Below, piece by piece: positions 21,508-34,800 of a DNA stretch of 64,000 nt. How positions within the stretch are numbered: the stretch's first letter is position 1; each line of letters opens with the position of its first letter. Source of the DNA: Macrostomum lignano (taxonomy: Eukaryota). The translations under genes were made by a program, and so were the position numbers. The notes below the pieces were generated by a model, which was not told the DNA's origin, did not search any database, and was given only the letters and a program-made list of their open reading frames with translations. Location: contig NIVC01002157.1 of NCBI GenBank assembly GCA_002269645.1, positions 1 to 64,000 of the forward strand, given 5' to 3'.

Positions 21508-22683
21508 ATGGAGTTTCATGTTACTTGCGGCAGGCACAAAAAGCTGGTATCTGTCAACTGTCTTAACAGCTTAGAATCGGCCATCTGCAGTCGTTTCCAT
21601 GTTCGCCAGCCGCTGCTGTTGCAGCGCTGGCATGACGCCTACGCTGACTGGCTTGATGTCGAATTTCCAATAGCTGATGATAATGAGCTGCAGGCTAATA
21701 CACGATTATTGGCTATACCACTGACACCTCCGCCGTCAACTTCTGCTGCTTCTGCCGCTACCTCATTTGTTGTTAGCACCAACAATCATAACAGTAATGA
21801 GGCTTTAATAGAATGCGATGACTCGTTGCCTAGCGATACTGCTTTATCTTCCTGTCTGCCGCAGCAGCAGCAGAAGGCTTCGCCGCCTCCGCCATTGTCA
21901 GTGTCGCTTTCATTGCCATTGTCTCTGCTGCCGCCGCCGCCACCGCCTCCGCAGCAGGTGACGGTGTCAACGCCAACGCCGACTCAATCGCCAACGCCAT
22001 CCGTTGACTGTTCAGCACCGGCCTCGGCCGACCAGCCTAGCAACTGGCCATCTCCATTCGTCATTCCCGTTGACCGGTTCGACCCGTCATTATCGGCCGC
22101 CGTGTTTAACGCTGGCGGAGGCGGGGCGCTTAGCCGGGACGAATTGACCCGCCTGTTGGATATTCTGTTCCAGCAGATTCGCCAGTACACCTTCTATCCA
22201 AAGACCAGTCAGTACGCCGAGGTGGCCGAAGCTCTTCTGTCGCTTTATCCTCAACTGGACGAAGGCCTGCCACCAGAGGACGCCTTGTCGCTTTGGAAGA
22301 ATCGACTGAGTCAAAAATTTCGCAACTGTCGCAAACGCGGTGTTGGTTTCACCGACGAGGAAAAGGCTCGATTCTATGCCCGAAGGCCTCCAACCGCCGC
22401 CTCCTCAGTCGCATCGTCTAGTGGCAATTTAAAGCGAATTAAACTCGCTAAAAGCTCTTTCACAGCAGCAGCAGCGGCAGCAGCAATTTCTATTGAACCG
22501 TCGCCATCGTCAGAAGAAGTTGACGATTACGATGGTCGCTGCGTTCTTAATTATCCGACTAATTGCACAGCAGGTGGCGCCCAGGGCGCTAAAATTGGCG
22601 GAAGCGAGGACAATAATGTGGCATTCGGATCGGAGTTTAGAAATTCTGAATTGCTGAACGGTATCGGAGCGTTTGGTCTGTGA
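21508..22683 (+). CDS. Single-exon uncharacterised protein: N-terminal PB1/ubiquitin-like region, Pro-rich linker and SAMD3-like (BEN-like) helical domain; possibly transposon-derived
   Basis: First ATG of the 21430-22683 ORF is at 21508 (MEFHVTCGRHKKLVSV...LLLQRWHDAYADWLDV). The segment WPSPFVIP...LLDILFQQIRQYTFYPKTSQYAEVAEALLSLYPQL...WKNRLSQKFRNCRK fits the pattern seen in SAMD3-like proteins. GC-rich and stop-free for 391 codons. Confidence 0.65.
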   Translation: MEFHVTCGRHKKLVSVNCLNSLESAICSRFHVRQPLLLQRWHDAYADWLDVEFPIADDNELQANTRLLAIPLTPPPSTSAASAATSFVVSTNNHNSNEALIECDDSLPSDTALSSCLPQQQQKASPPPPLSVSLSLPLSLLPPPPPPPQQVTVSTPTPTQSPTPSVDCSAPASADQPSNWPSPFVIPVDRFDPSLSAAVFNAGGGGALSRDELTRLLDILFQQIRQYTFYPKTSQYAEVAEALLSLYPQLDEGLPPEDALSLWKNRLSQKFRNCRKRGVGFTDEEKARFYARRPPTAASSVASSSGNLKRIKLAKSSFTAAAAAAAISIEPSPSSEEVDDYDGRCVLNYPTNCTAGGAQGAKIGGSEDNNVAFGSEFRNSELLNGIGAFGL

Positions 22684-23106
22684 GACTGCTAGCGAGCGAG
22701 TTAATTATCAGCGAGTTTATTACCTGACCCGCAGCCATGAGCTGGATTTTCTATTTGGCCCTTGAGGTAAAGTTTGCTGACCCCTGGCCGTAGTACAAGT
22801 GGGGAATAAATGCCATACAAGTACTTAATTAGGTAACTATGGCTCAATATATTCTGATTGTCATTTATTTGTCTAATCCACAGATAATAGAATAGCCAGA
22901 TGTGCCACTTGCGAAAATGTACCCATCTAATGTAATCTTTTTTATTACAGTTTTTGAAGCTGCAAAAATCTCTGGCTTTCTACAAGCTAGCTCATTAAAT
23001 TAGCATCTTCATTCTGTTTTACCGACTCAAGACGGAAAAAGGGGTGGCGCCCCAGTCCCCAGCAGAGCCGATGAACAGTTGAGCTTCCTCTTGCACGCTT
23101 GTGTCT

Positions 23107-23450
23107 GAATTTGACCTCTTCTCCTTACTGCTCTCTCATTGGCTGGGCTAGATTAGGCCTGCCCCCTAGGCTGAGTTTCGTCCGTCTAACTTCGACCTCT
23201 TCTCCTTACTGTTCTCTCATTGGCTGGGCCAGCCCCCTAGGCTGAGTTTCGTCCGTCTAACTTCGACCTCTTCTCCTTACTGTTCTCTCATTGGCTGGGC
23301 CAGCCCCCTAGGCTAAGTTTCGTCCGTCTAACTTCGACCTCTTCTCCTTACTGCTCTTTCATTGGCTGGGACTGCCCCCTAGGCTAAGTTTCGTCCCTCT
23401 AACTTCGACCTCCTCTCCTTACTGCTCTCTCATTGGCTGAGCTAAATTTG
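23107..23450 (-). repeat. CCAAT-containing tandem repeat of about 55-60 bp; inverted paralog at 7995-8140
   Basis: About 5 copies of TTCGACCTCTTCTCCTTACTGCTCTCTCATTGGCTGGG...CCTAGGCTGAGTTTCGTC; 7995-8140 carries two reverse-complement units. Confidence 0.8.
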
Positions 23451-25112
23451 GCCTGCCTAACCGTTTCATAAGTCATTTAATTCTGGGTTTCTTTAAGCTA
23501 AGCGTCAGAATCGCTGCCATTCGGTAATTTTAGTTCAAATTAAGCCATTTTTTCTGAAATCTATCGCATACCCACAAACAACTCATTTTTAGTATATGAA
23601 GATTTAGTATATTTAGATTTTCAGAAGCCGTCTGGCAACAAGCCAAAAAAGTTTAAAATCGACTAAAATGTCGACATCCATACCCTGCCCTACCCTTTAC
23701 ACTGCTGAGTCCCTCTAACCCACAGAAATTGCAGAAGTCTGCAGACTCCCATATTTACAGATTACTAGAATTTGATAATTGATACAAGACTTAAAATCCT
23801 AACAATATTTAATAGTTATAAAATTATTGATACTGCGAATGAAATATGAACTAAAAATAGGGAACTTAAATTAAATAGCATCCACGTTTCCTAACAGGGT
23901 GTCAAAATGGAAATTGATGTGTTCTGATAGACACTAGCTGTGACACTAAACGGCCTATTTCCTCCTTATGGGAATTATAACAAGTTTATTATTTTTACTA
24001 TAAAATGAAAGTTTCTAAATAAAACATTTCTCTGTTTAGTTATGTTTGCGCGAGTATTTTACTTTTGTCGTTCAGGTCCACTGTGTGTCAATTAATAACT
24101 TCGTATAATTGTTATCCTATTGTAACGCAACGTCATTATTATTTAGTATTGTTTATTATTATACTTGGACTTATGTATACTATTTGTTTTTTTCTTAGCA
24201 AATCTTGTCATTTTTGTCTAAGTCTCATTTTTTCATTCGAGTCGAGTATTTTAAAATGAATTTTTGTGTGTTTATTCGAATTTATAGAATTATATCAATT
24301 TATAACTGTATTTTTCCTTTCTCGCTACTTGTGCCGCGCTTGTATAGTAGTCAATATAGCACATTACCCGGAATTTCTTTTGGCCATTTGGCGCTATATC
24401 TGAGCACTACTCTGTTAGTGCTTAATGAACACTTTTTTCTTTTCTATATTGCATTTTCTGTTGTTGAACGCGTCTCAGTGTAGTCTTTGTTCGATTCTTT
24501 TCTGTTAGGCCTTCAATAAAAGTACAATATCTAATAATCATTTCTTGGTAGCCAATTTGTTCACTTATACAAGTCGCTATTGCGTACGAGTACCAATAAG
24601 GTAAATGCCGCTGTCTTGCTAAGTTAAACGTCTGTCCGATCTAGTATAACTGTGCTGTAGGCCTATTGTGCATTTTCTAATTTGTTTTCACCTTTTCTGT
24701 CACTGTTTAACTGCCTGTATTAGACTTTTTGCATACTGGTAAAGCGTGGAATATATTATAATAACAATGTGGTGCAAGGTCCCATTGTCAGTCAATGGTA
24801 AGGGCAATCAGATTCGGTATGGACTTGCAATATCGGGTTGGGCTTTTCAATGATCAGTATTCATTATTATACAATAATTGCTAATGTATCTACGTGCAAC
24901 CTCTGATGCTTATTAGTGTCGCAATCTCTTTCTATTGTCAACTTTTTCTCTTCTGTTTATTGGCTGTGCAATTTTTCTATGCGGGATTGCAGCCTGTTGT
25001 TAGACTTGTTTTAAGTCCATATATTGCGTTTCTTATACTCTTGTCTAACAAGACTTATCAAAGTAAATTTGCATATGGCTGGGATAAAATGCTAGTCTAT
25101 CATTTTTACATG

Positions 25113-26133
25113 CATGACCATAGTGGCAACAGTAGTCCATGGCTCCTTATGACCATAGCGGCAACAGTAGTCCATGGCTCCTTATGACCATAGTGTCAAC
25201 AGTAGTCCATGGATCCTTATGACCATAGTGTCAACAGTAGTCCATGGCTCCTTATGACCATAGTGTCAACAGTAGTCCATGGCTCCTTATGACCATAGTA
25301 GCAACAGTAGTCCATGGCTCCTTATGACCATAGTGGCAACAGTAGTCCATGGCTCCTTATGACCATAGTGGCAACAGTAGTCCATGGCTCCTTATGACCA
25401 TAGTGGCAACAGTAGTCCATGGCTCCTTATGACCATAGTGGCAACAGTAGTCCATGGATCCTTATGACCATAGCGGCAACAGTAGTCCATGGCTCCTTAT
25501 GACCATAGTGTCAACAGTAGTCCATGGATCCTTATGACCATAGTGTCAACAGTAGTCCATGGCTCCTTATGACCATAGTGTCAACAGTATTCCATGGCTC
25601 CTTATGACCATAGTAGCAACAGTAGTCCATGGCTCCTTATGACCATAGTGGCAACAGTAGTCCATGGCTCCTTATGACCATAGTGGCAACAGTAGTCCAT
25701 GGCTCCTTATGACCATAGTGGCAACAGTAGTCCATGGCTCCTTATGACCATAGTGGCAACAGTAGTCCATGGATCCTTATGACCATAGTGTCAACAGTAG
25801 TCCATGGCTCCTTATGACCATAGTGACAACAGTAGTCCATGGCTCCTTATGACCATAGTGGCAACAGTAGTCCATGGCTCCTTATGACCATAGTGTCAAC
25901 AGTAGTCCATGGCTCCTTATGACCATAGTGTCAACAGTAGTCCATGGCTCCTTATGACCATAGTGACAACAGTAGTCCATGGCTCCTTATGACCATAGTG
26001 GCAACAGTAGTCCATGGCTCCTTATGACCATAGCGGCAACAGTAGTCCATGGCTCCTTATGACCATAGTGACAACAGTAGTCCATGGCTCCTTATGACCA
26101 TAGTGGCAACAGTAGTCCATGACTCCTTATGAC
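25113..26133. repeat. 35-bp minisatellite
   Basis: About 29 copies of GACCATAGTGGCAACAGTAGTCCATGGCTCCTTAT. Confidence 0.97.
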
Positions 26134-26724
26134 AGTGACAGAAGTAGTAGTATGTGTCCGTTTGATTATGATTAAAATCGTAGTCCGCCTATGACGATAG
26201 TGGTATGAATCCAAATAACCATAATGGAAACCGCAGTTACTTTTATTAGTTCTGTCTGAATGCCAAACATTTTTCTTGTTTAAGCACTAGTTACTATGCT
26301 GTCCCTACTTTAACAGGTTCGTCTAGATGAGTTTGTCATTTTCTTTGAGAACCATGTGATTTATCTGTTTTACTGTTCCATGCTTTTGTTAAAATTTCAT
26401 ATACGAGTGTAATTGGTATAGAGCCAAGTGTATTTGTGAGTCTACAGAAAAAATACTATTTATTATTTCAGTATCCTCGTATGCTCTTATCAGCAAACTT
26501 ATCTAATTCTCTTGTTTTCAATTTTCCTGTGCTATACTGTGCGCTCTGTTAAAAATCAAAAGTTTTTCTATGTTGGTGTACACCTATTCTATCTGATGTT
26601 AAATTTGTTTTGGCTTTGATAATTTTTATTCTTTTCCTAATTCAGAAGGTGGTGTTTAGTTCCTAGAATTGCATCAATGTCGCATTGTCCTTTAACTAAT
26701 GCGGGAATCATCTTTAAACCATTC

Positions 26725-28533
26725 CGTCAGTCATCCTTAAACCATTCTAGCAGTCATCCTTAACCGATTCCAGCAATCATCCTTAACCGATTCCAGCAGT
26801 CATCCTTAACCGATTCCAGCAGTCATCCTTAACCGATCCCAGCAGTCATCCTTAACCGATTCCAGCAGTCATCCTTAACCGATCCCAGCAGTCATCCTTA
26901 ACCGATTCGAGCAGTCATCCTTAACCGATTCCAGCAGTCATCCTTAACCGATTCCAGCAGTCATCCTTAACCGATTCCAGCAGTCATCCTTAACCGATTC
27001 CAGCAGTCATCCTTAACCGATTCCAGCAGTCATCCTTAACCGATCCCAGCAGTCATCCTTAAACCATTCCAGCAGTCATCCTTAAACCATACCAACAATC
27101 ATCCTTAACCGATTCCAGCAGTCATCCTTAACCGATTCCAGCAGTCATCCTTAACCGATTCCAGCAATCATCCTTAACCGATTCCAGCAGTCATCCTTAA
27201 CCGATTCCAGCAGTCATCCTTAACCGATTCCAGCAGTCATCCTTAACCGATTCCAGCAATCATCCTTAACCGATTCCAGCAGTCATCCTTAACCGATTCC
27301 AGCAATCATCCTTAACCGATTCCAGCAATCATCCTTAACCGATTCCAGCATTCATCCTTAACCGATTCCAGCAGTCATCCTTAACCGATTCCAGCACTCA
27401 TCCTTAACCGATTCCAGCAGTCATCCTTAACCGATTCCAGCAGTCATCTTTAACCGATTCCAGCAGTCATCCTTAACCGATCCCAGCAGTCATCCTTAAC
27501 CGATTCCAGCAATCATCCTTAACCGATTCCAGCAATCATCCTTAACCGATTCCAGCAATCATCCTTAACCGATTCCAGCAGTCATCCTTAACCGATTCCA
27601 GCAGTCATCCTTAACCGATTCCAGCAATCATCCTTAACCGATTCCAGCAATCATCCTTAACCGATTCCAGCAGTCATCCTTAACCGATTCCAGCAGTCAT
27701 CCTTAACCGATTCCAGCAGTCATCCTTAACCGATTCCAGCAGTCATCCTTAACCGATTCCAGCAATCATCCTTAACCGATTCCAGCAGTCATCCTTAACC
27801 GATTCCAGCAATCATCCTTAACCGATTCCAGCAATCATCCTTAACCGATTCCAGCATTCATCCTTAACCGATTCCAGCAATCATCCTTAACCGATTCCAG
27901 CAATCATCCTTAACCGATTCCAGCAGTCATCCTTAACCGATTCCAGCAATCATCCTTAACCGATTCCAGCAGTCATCCTTAACCGATTCCAGCAGTCATC
28001 CTTAACCGATTCCAGCAATCATCCTTAACCGATTCCAGCAGTCATCCTTAACCGATTCCAGCAGTCATCCTTAACCGATTCCAGCAATCATCCTTAACCG
28101 ATTCCAGCAGTCATCCTTAACCGATTCCAGCATTTATCCTTAACCGATTCGAGCAGTCATCCTTAACCGATTCCAGCAATCATCCTTGACCAATTCCAGC
28201 AGTCATCCTTAACCGATTCCAGCAGTCATCCTTAACCGATTCCAGCAGTCATCCTTAACCGATTCCAGCAGTCATCCTTAACCGATTCCAGCAGTCATCC
28301 TTAACCGATCCCAGCAGTCATCTTTAACCGATTCCAGCAGTCATCCTTAACCGATTCCAGCATTCATCCTTGACCGATTCCAGCAGTCATCCTTAACCGA
28401 TTCCAGCAATCATCCTTGACCGATTCCATCAATCATCCTTAACCGATTCCAGCAGTCATCCTTAACCGATCCCAGCAGTCATCTTTAACCGATTCCAGCA
28501 GTCATCCTTAACCGATTCCAGCATTCATCCTTG
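26725..28533. repeat. 23-bp minisatellite immediately upstream of UBE2O
   Basis: About 78 copies of AGTCATCCTTAACCGATTCCAGC. Confidence 0.97.
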
Positions 28534-28802
28534 AACCTTGAAGTTGAAGTCTTTGAAGTCATTAAAATCCTTGATGCAATTGTATTTTTTAGTGAAACAC
28601 TGAAACGTTTATAAAAACGAGCTTATGATAAGGTCATTGTTAATTGCGCAAACAAGTATTGATCCTTTAGTTAGCGACATAAGACCTTATGCTAGAAATA
28701 TACCATAGCTAGCGGACAATAAAGCAGCATTTATTGCTATTCCCGCTACAGCTCGCCTTTAGAAATCTCGCGCCTGAGTGTTTGCCCGGTAACGCGCTAG
28801 AG

Positions 28803-31800
28803 ATGAACGGAGGAGTAGCTGAAGCCGTCTCAGACGCCAACGCCAGCAACAGCACCAATAATGGATGCCGTCTCTACCTGGACGATCTAGTAGTTCGACT
28901 GGATCGCGACAGGCGCTACGCCGATATCGGCATAGTGGAGGTTGAAGATTACGAAGACGCACCGTCGGAGGAGCCACGGCTTAATCCATCCGTTGACTGG
29001 CTGTGCAGCGGCGCTACCGGCGAGCTCGACCCGACTCAGGTTGCCGCCACGCCAGCCGATTTTAGTAACCATAGCGGCGCCGAGCCTGTTAGCATTGTTG
29101 ATAGGGCCTTCTCGACTGGCGACGCGGTCAGATGGGCCAACGACGAGGCTGGACAAGCTGGCACTGTTGAGGCCACGCGACGCCAGTGCCACCTGTACGT
29201 GCCCGGCTATAGCAGGTTGATTGCCGGGGTCTCGGCTGATCGCATCCTGTGCGGCAATGTGAGTCTAGCTCAGATTATTCAATTCGTTTATTGGTAGTTC
29301 AACCATCCAGTATACGCTTTAAATTTCCCATCGCACATGCTAGGATTTCCCATCGCACATGCTAGGATTTCCCATCGCACATGCTAGGATTTCCCATCGT
29401 ACATGGTAGGATTTCCCATCGTACATGGTAGGATTTCCCATCGTACATGGTAGGATTTCCCTTCGTATGTGGTAGGATTTCCCATCGCACAGTAAGAATT
29501 TCAATTTGTACATGATAGGATTTTTTTGTACATGGTAGGATTTCCCTTTGTACTGGTACATAGTGAGATCCCAATCGAACTCGTAAATGATAGGATTTCC
29601 CTTTGTACTGGTAGATAGTGAGATTCCCAATCGAACTGGTACATGGAAGGATTTCCCATCGTACATGGTAGGATTTCCCATTGCACATAGTAAGAATTTC
29701 AATTTGTACATGATAGGATTTTTTTGTACATTTTGTACATGGATTTCCCTTTGTACTGGTACATAGTGATATTCCAAATCGAATGGAAGGATTTCCCATC
29801 GTACATGGTAGGATTTCCCATTGTACATGTTAGGATCCCCTATCGTACACGTTAGGGAAACGCTATAGTGGTTTTGGAAGACAGAATTAAGTGTCTTGCT
29901 CAAGGACACAAATTGTTCCAGTCGGATCGGGAATCGAACCCCCGACCTTCAAGTCGTGAGTCCGCCACTCTAACCACTAGGAAGTTTTAAAAAGAAACGA
30001 ACTTCCCTGCCTTTGATTGACAGTTCATTGACGAACTCGGTCGCCAATCAGTCCAGTACGACGGCTGGTACGGCACTGTGCAGTCCATATCGCGGGAACT
30101 GGTGGAACTCAAATTTGTCGACGGCTCCGTGTAAGCTGCTTGCCTCATTATTATTTGCTGTTTAATATTCGAATACGCAACCGGCTACTTAGATTAAGTA
30201 GCTTCCTTTGTCAGCATGAAGAAGCTTAATTACGAGTATTTGAAACTTAAAATAGCTAGCATTTATGCCCCCTCTTTTACATTCGCGATAATAATTTAAT
30301 GCTAGCGGGATAGTTCGACTTTTATATAGATTTTTATTGCATCTGATTTATAATTCATTGATTTTGCTAAACCCGCCCACACAGCTCTGTGAACTGAGTG
30401 ATCAAAGATTTTTTTCGAAATTTATTGCCTGCAATTAATTTATGATTGCATTGAGAAGAGAAATCTCACGATCTTTCTTATTTAATATTAATTATTGAAT
30501 TTGAATCATTTTAATTTCCTGTCGCCTCTGTAATCTCAGCTGGGAGTCTCGGAAATGAATTAATGTGCATGACAATTGTGTTAGGGACTTTTGTAGGATT
30601 TAATGAAAGTCATTAATTTGGTCTCTGTGGAGCAATGCTAACCCCATACTCGTAATTCATGTAGGTTCCTAATACATCAGCATTCGGGGCACTGCAGGGT
30701 CCTCACCTTCATATAGCTGGTCATTGTGCAGGGTCCTCACCTTCATGTAGCTGGTCATTGTGCAGGGTCCTCACCTTCATGTAGCTGGTCATTGTGCAGG
30801 GTCCTCACCTTCATATAGCTGGTCATTGTGCAGGGTCCTCAGCTTCATATAGCTGGTCATTGTTCAGGGTTCTCAGCTTCATATAGCTGGTCATTGTGCA
30901 GGGTCCTCACCTTCATGTAGCTGGTCATTGTGCAGGGTCCTCACCTTCATGTAGCTGGTCATTGTTCAGGGTCCTCAGCTTCATATAGCTGGTCATTGTG
31001 CAGGATCCTCAGCTTCATATAGCTGGTCATTGTTCAGGGTCCTCAGCTTCATATAGCTGGTCATTGTGCAGGGTCCTCACCTTCATGTAGCTGGTCATTG
31101 TGCAGGGTCCTCACCTTCATGTAGCTGGTCATTGTTCAGGGTCCTCAGCTTCATATAGCTGGTCATTGTGCAGGGTCCTCAGCTTCATATAGCTGGTCAT
31201 TGTTCAGGGTCCTCAGCTTCATATAGCTGGTCATTGTGCAGGGTCCTCAGCTTCATATAGCTGGTCATTGTGCAGGGTCCTCACCTTCATGTAGCTGGTC
31301 ATTGTGCAGGGTCCTCACCTTCATGTAGCTGGTCATTGTGCAGGGTCCTCAGCTTCATATAGCTGGTCATTGTGCAGGGTCCTCAGCTTCATATAGCTGG
31401 TCATTGTTCAGGGTCCTCAGCTTCATATAGCTGGTCATTGTGCAGGGTCCTCAGCTTCATATAGCTGGTCATTGTGCAGGGTCCTCACCTTCATGTAGCT
31501 GGTCATTGTGCAGGGTCCTCACCTTCATGTAGCTGGTCATTGTTCAGGGTCCTCAGCTTCATATAGCTGGTCATTGTTCAGGGTCCTCAGCTTCATATAG
31601 CTGGTCATTGTGCAGGGTCCTCAGCTTCATATAGCTGGTCATTGTGCAGGGTCCTCAGCTTCATATAGCTGGTCATTGTTCAGTGTCCTCAGCTTCATAT
31701 AGCTGGTCATTGTTCAGGGTCCTCAGCTTCATATAGCTGGTCATTGTTCAGGGTCCTCAGCTTCATATAGCTGGTCATTGTTCAGGGTCCTCAGCTTCAT

Positions 31801-34800
31801 ATAGCTGGTCATTGTTCAGGGTCCTCAGCTTCATATAGCTGGTCATTGTTCAGGGTCCTCAGCTTCATATAGCTGGTCATTGTGCAATGATCATTGTATG
31901 TCAGCTACGAGTATATTGTTTACATAGATATCAGACATAGACTGATGAGTTTCTCCAGCATCTCAACTGTTAAGCCTCATCAGCTCTCCCAATTCTCCTG
32001 CCAACCAACACAAACAGAATCCGCGGCCCGGCGCACGTGCTGGAGTACGGCGACACTCGGGTTATCGGCGATTTCTCCGCGAACCAGTCGCATCCGTTCT
32101 GCAGCGACCGGCTGTACCGCGGCGCCTTTGTCGAGCTGCACCCGGGCGTACTGCACACCCTTCGATCCGAGATTCAATGGATTCGATTCGGCTCCAATCC
32201 TGCCGCGCTAAGGCGTGCTGTGAGCCGGCGGCGACTTGTTGCCGAGGTTATTAGCGTCAAGCCGAGCAGCTTCGAAGTTGATTGGCACTTCTGCTTCCCC
32301 TGTCTGACTGTCAGGCCGCTTGGCGACCTGCCTAAAGAGCTGGAGGCGAGCCGCCTGCTGGCCTGCAATCCCGCCATTGGCAGCGACCGGCCTGCTGTGG
32401 TGGACAGGCTGACTCTCGGCTGCTTTGCGTGAGTCCGGGTCTGTCAGCGTGGGTCCAAGTGGGTCAAGGATGCAGCTTCGCGTGAGTCCGCATCTGTCTG
32501 CGTGGGTCCAAGTGGGTCAAGGATGCAGCTTCGCGTGAGTCCGTATCTGTCTGCGTGGGTCCAAGTGGGTCAAGGATGCAGCTTTGCGTGAGTCCGCATC
32601 TGTCTGCGTGGGTCCAAGTGGGTCAAGGATGCAGCTTTGCGTGAGTCCGCATCTGTCTGCGTGGGTCCAAGTGGGTCAAGGATGCAGCTTTGCGTGAGTC
32701 CGCATCTGTCTGCGTGGGTCCAAGTGGGTCAAGGATGCAGCTTCGCGTTAGTCCGTATCTGTCTGCGTGGGTCCAAGTGGGTCAAGGATGCAGCTTTGCG
32801 TGAGTCCGCATCTGTCTGCGTGGGTCCAAGTGGGTCAAGGATGCAGCTTTGCGTGAGTCCGCATCTGTCTGCGTGGGTCCAAGTGGGTCAAGGAAGCAGC
32901 TTCGCGTGAGTTTTGGGTCTGTCAAAGTGGGTCAAGGATGCAGCTTTGCGTGGGTTCAAGCAAGCACTGACTAAGTGGAATAAACTGTGATTATTTATTG
33001 CTTTACACGCGTTGGTTCTGCACTTTCCCTATAAAGTAAATAGCGAAAATGCCAGAAAGTTTTTTATTCCGATTTTTAAATATTTTTTGCATTGACTCTT
33101 TAAGAGTAGACAGCTTTTACTGTGGCAGGCACTTGTGAAACTTTTGCTAAATTTCTAATTAGTTCATTTTTCAAGAGAGAGACAGAAAGTTACACTTAGT
33201 CCCATTTTTACGGCTTCCCAGAGGTGAATAAATTAATTATTAATTACATTCTGTCATCTCTTAAAAGATGCGCGAATTTACAATCGGCAATTTGAAGCAT
33301 CAATATTTCATTAATCTTCTCTTTCTGGCAGAGCACTGCTGCATGAGTACTGTCCCACTTACTGATTGTTGGATTTGGCTTAAAGCTAATGCTTTATTAT
33401 TACTTCTCCTGTAAAGTCTTCATTTAAGGCGCCGTGTGGATTATTTTTGTTGAGTAGCCAGACTTCCTTTCGGTGGAGCAGCCCCCCCATGGTCCATTGG
33501 TTGAGCAACCCCCCCCCCCTATGGTCCTTCGGTTGAGCCGCCCCATGGTCCTTCGTTGAGCCGCCCTATGGTCCTTCGGTTGAGCCGCCCTATGGTCCTT
33601 CGGTTGAGCCCCCAATGGTCCTTCGTTTGAGAACCCCGCCCTAATTCTCCTTCGGTTAAGCAGCCCCTCAATGGTCCTTTGGTGCAGTCCTTTTGTTAGT
33701 GTCTTGCGATAAATCAATGTAATTAAATCAAGTTAGTAAATATGCATATCGGTAGGTCTAATCAGTATGATGTATTTCATGATGCTTATATCGTAGATCG
33801 GACTGCTACACTTGTCTGACAGACAGACGACAGAGAGACACAGACAGGCACTGACAGACAGGCAGACAGACAGACACTAAGACAGACAGACATACAAACC
33901 GACAGACAGACCGACAGCCAGACCAATTCCATCACAGATATAATATATTAAATGATAGTAATAACATAATATAATACAGATGTTTAATAACGGCAGTAAA
34001 GTCAATAAGTGTTCCTGAGCTGTAGCTGAAATTGATCGACCGTACACAATCGATGATTAATTAATTTCTTATTATAGATCAATTTGACAAGCTGAGCGTG
34101 CCGGTATGGGATGCATTAAACCGGAACTATGCTGTGTAATGTAATCGACAAGACTCTACAGACAGACTGTAGTTCACTCTCCGCCCCCCCCCCAGTTTGC
34201 CCAAATCTATCGACCTGGCTAAACAATGACTTAGCTAGAGAGAGTTCAACTTTGTTTAGCTTGAAAACAGCCGCTTGGCTTAGCTTAGGCTGGCTAATTT
34301 GCACTCTCTGGCAATGGCGTAGTAAAGTAGAGATGGATAAATTAATTAGAATCACGTCGTCAACTGTACTTGAGCAATCTTGTTACAATTTGCTATTACT
34401 GTAAATGAGCAAAGGACAGAGAGAGTGATCGGTTATATCAGGATTGTTGCGTAAATAACTTTTTTACGCTACCGAACACCTACAAGTTAAGCCGAGTGGG
34501 CAGCGGTTAGTACGCAGTTAAATAGACAAGATAAAGCTCAGCAGTAAACGTCTCTGACCCTCGCACCAAAGTGCCCTGGGTTCGATCTGGGGCTTCTGCG
34601 CTTCTTGCCCATGAAGGTCAACCACGAGGCACAGTGTGTACATGTCTCATAATGAGAAATCAAATCCGCCGCTGTACACCCTGTGCGTGCGTGCTCAGGG
34701 CTGACTTCTTGCCTCTGCTGGCAGCGGTTTAACTGGGTTGCGGTTGTGAATAAAAGCCCCCTGTAAACTGAGTACACTGAGCTGCAGTTCACCCTGCTGT

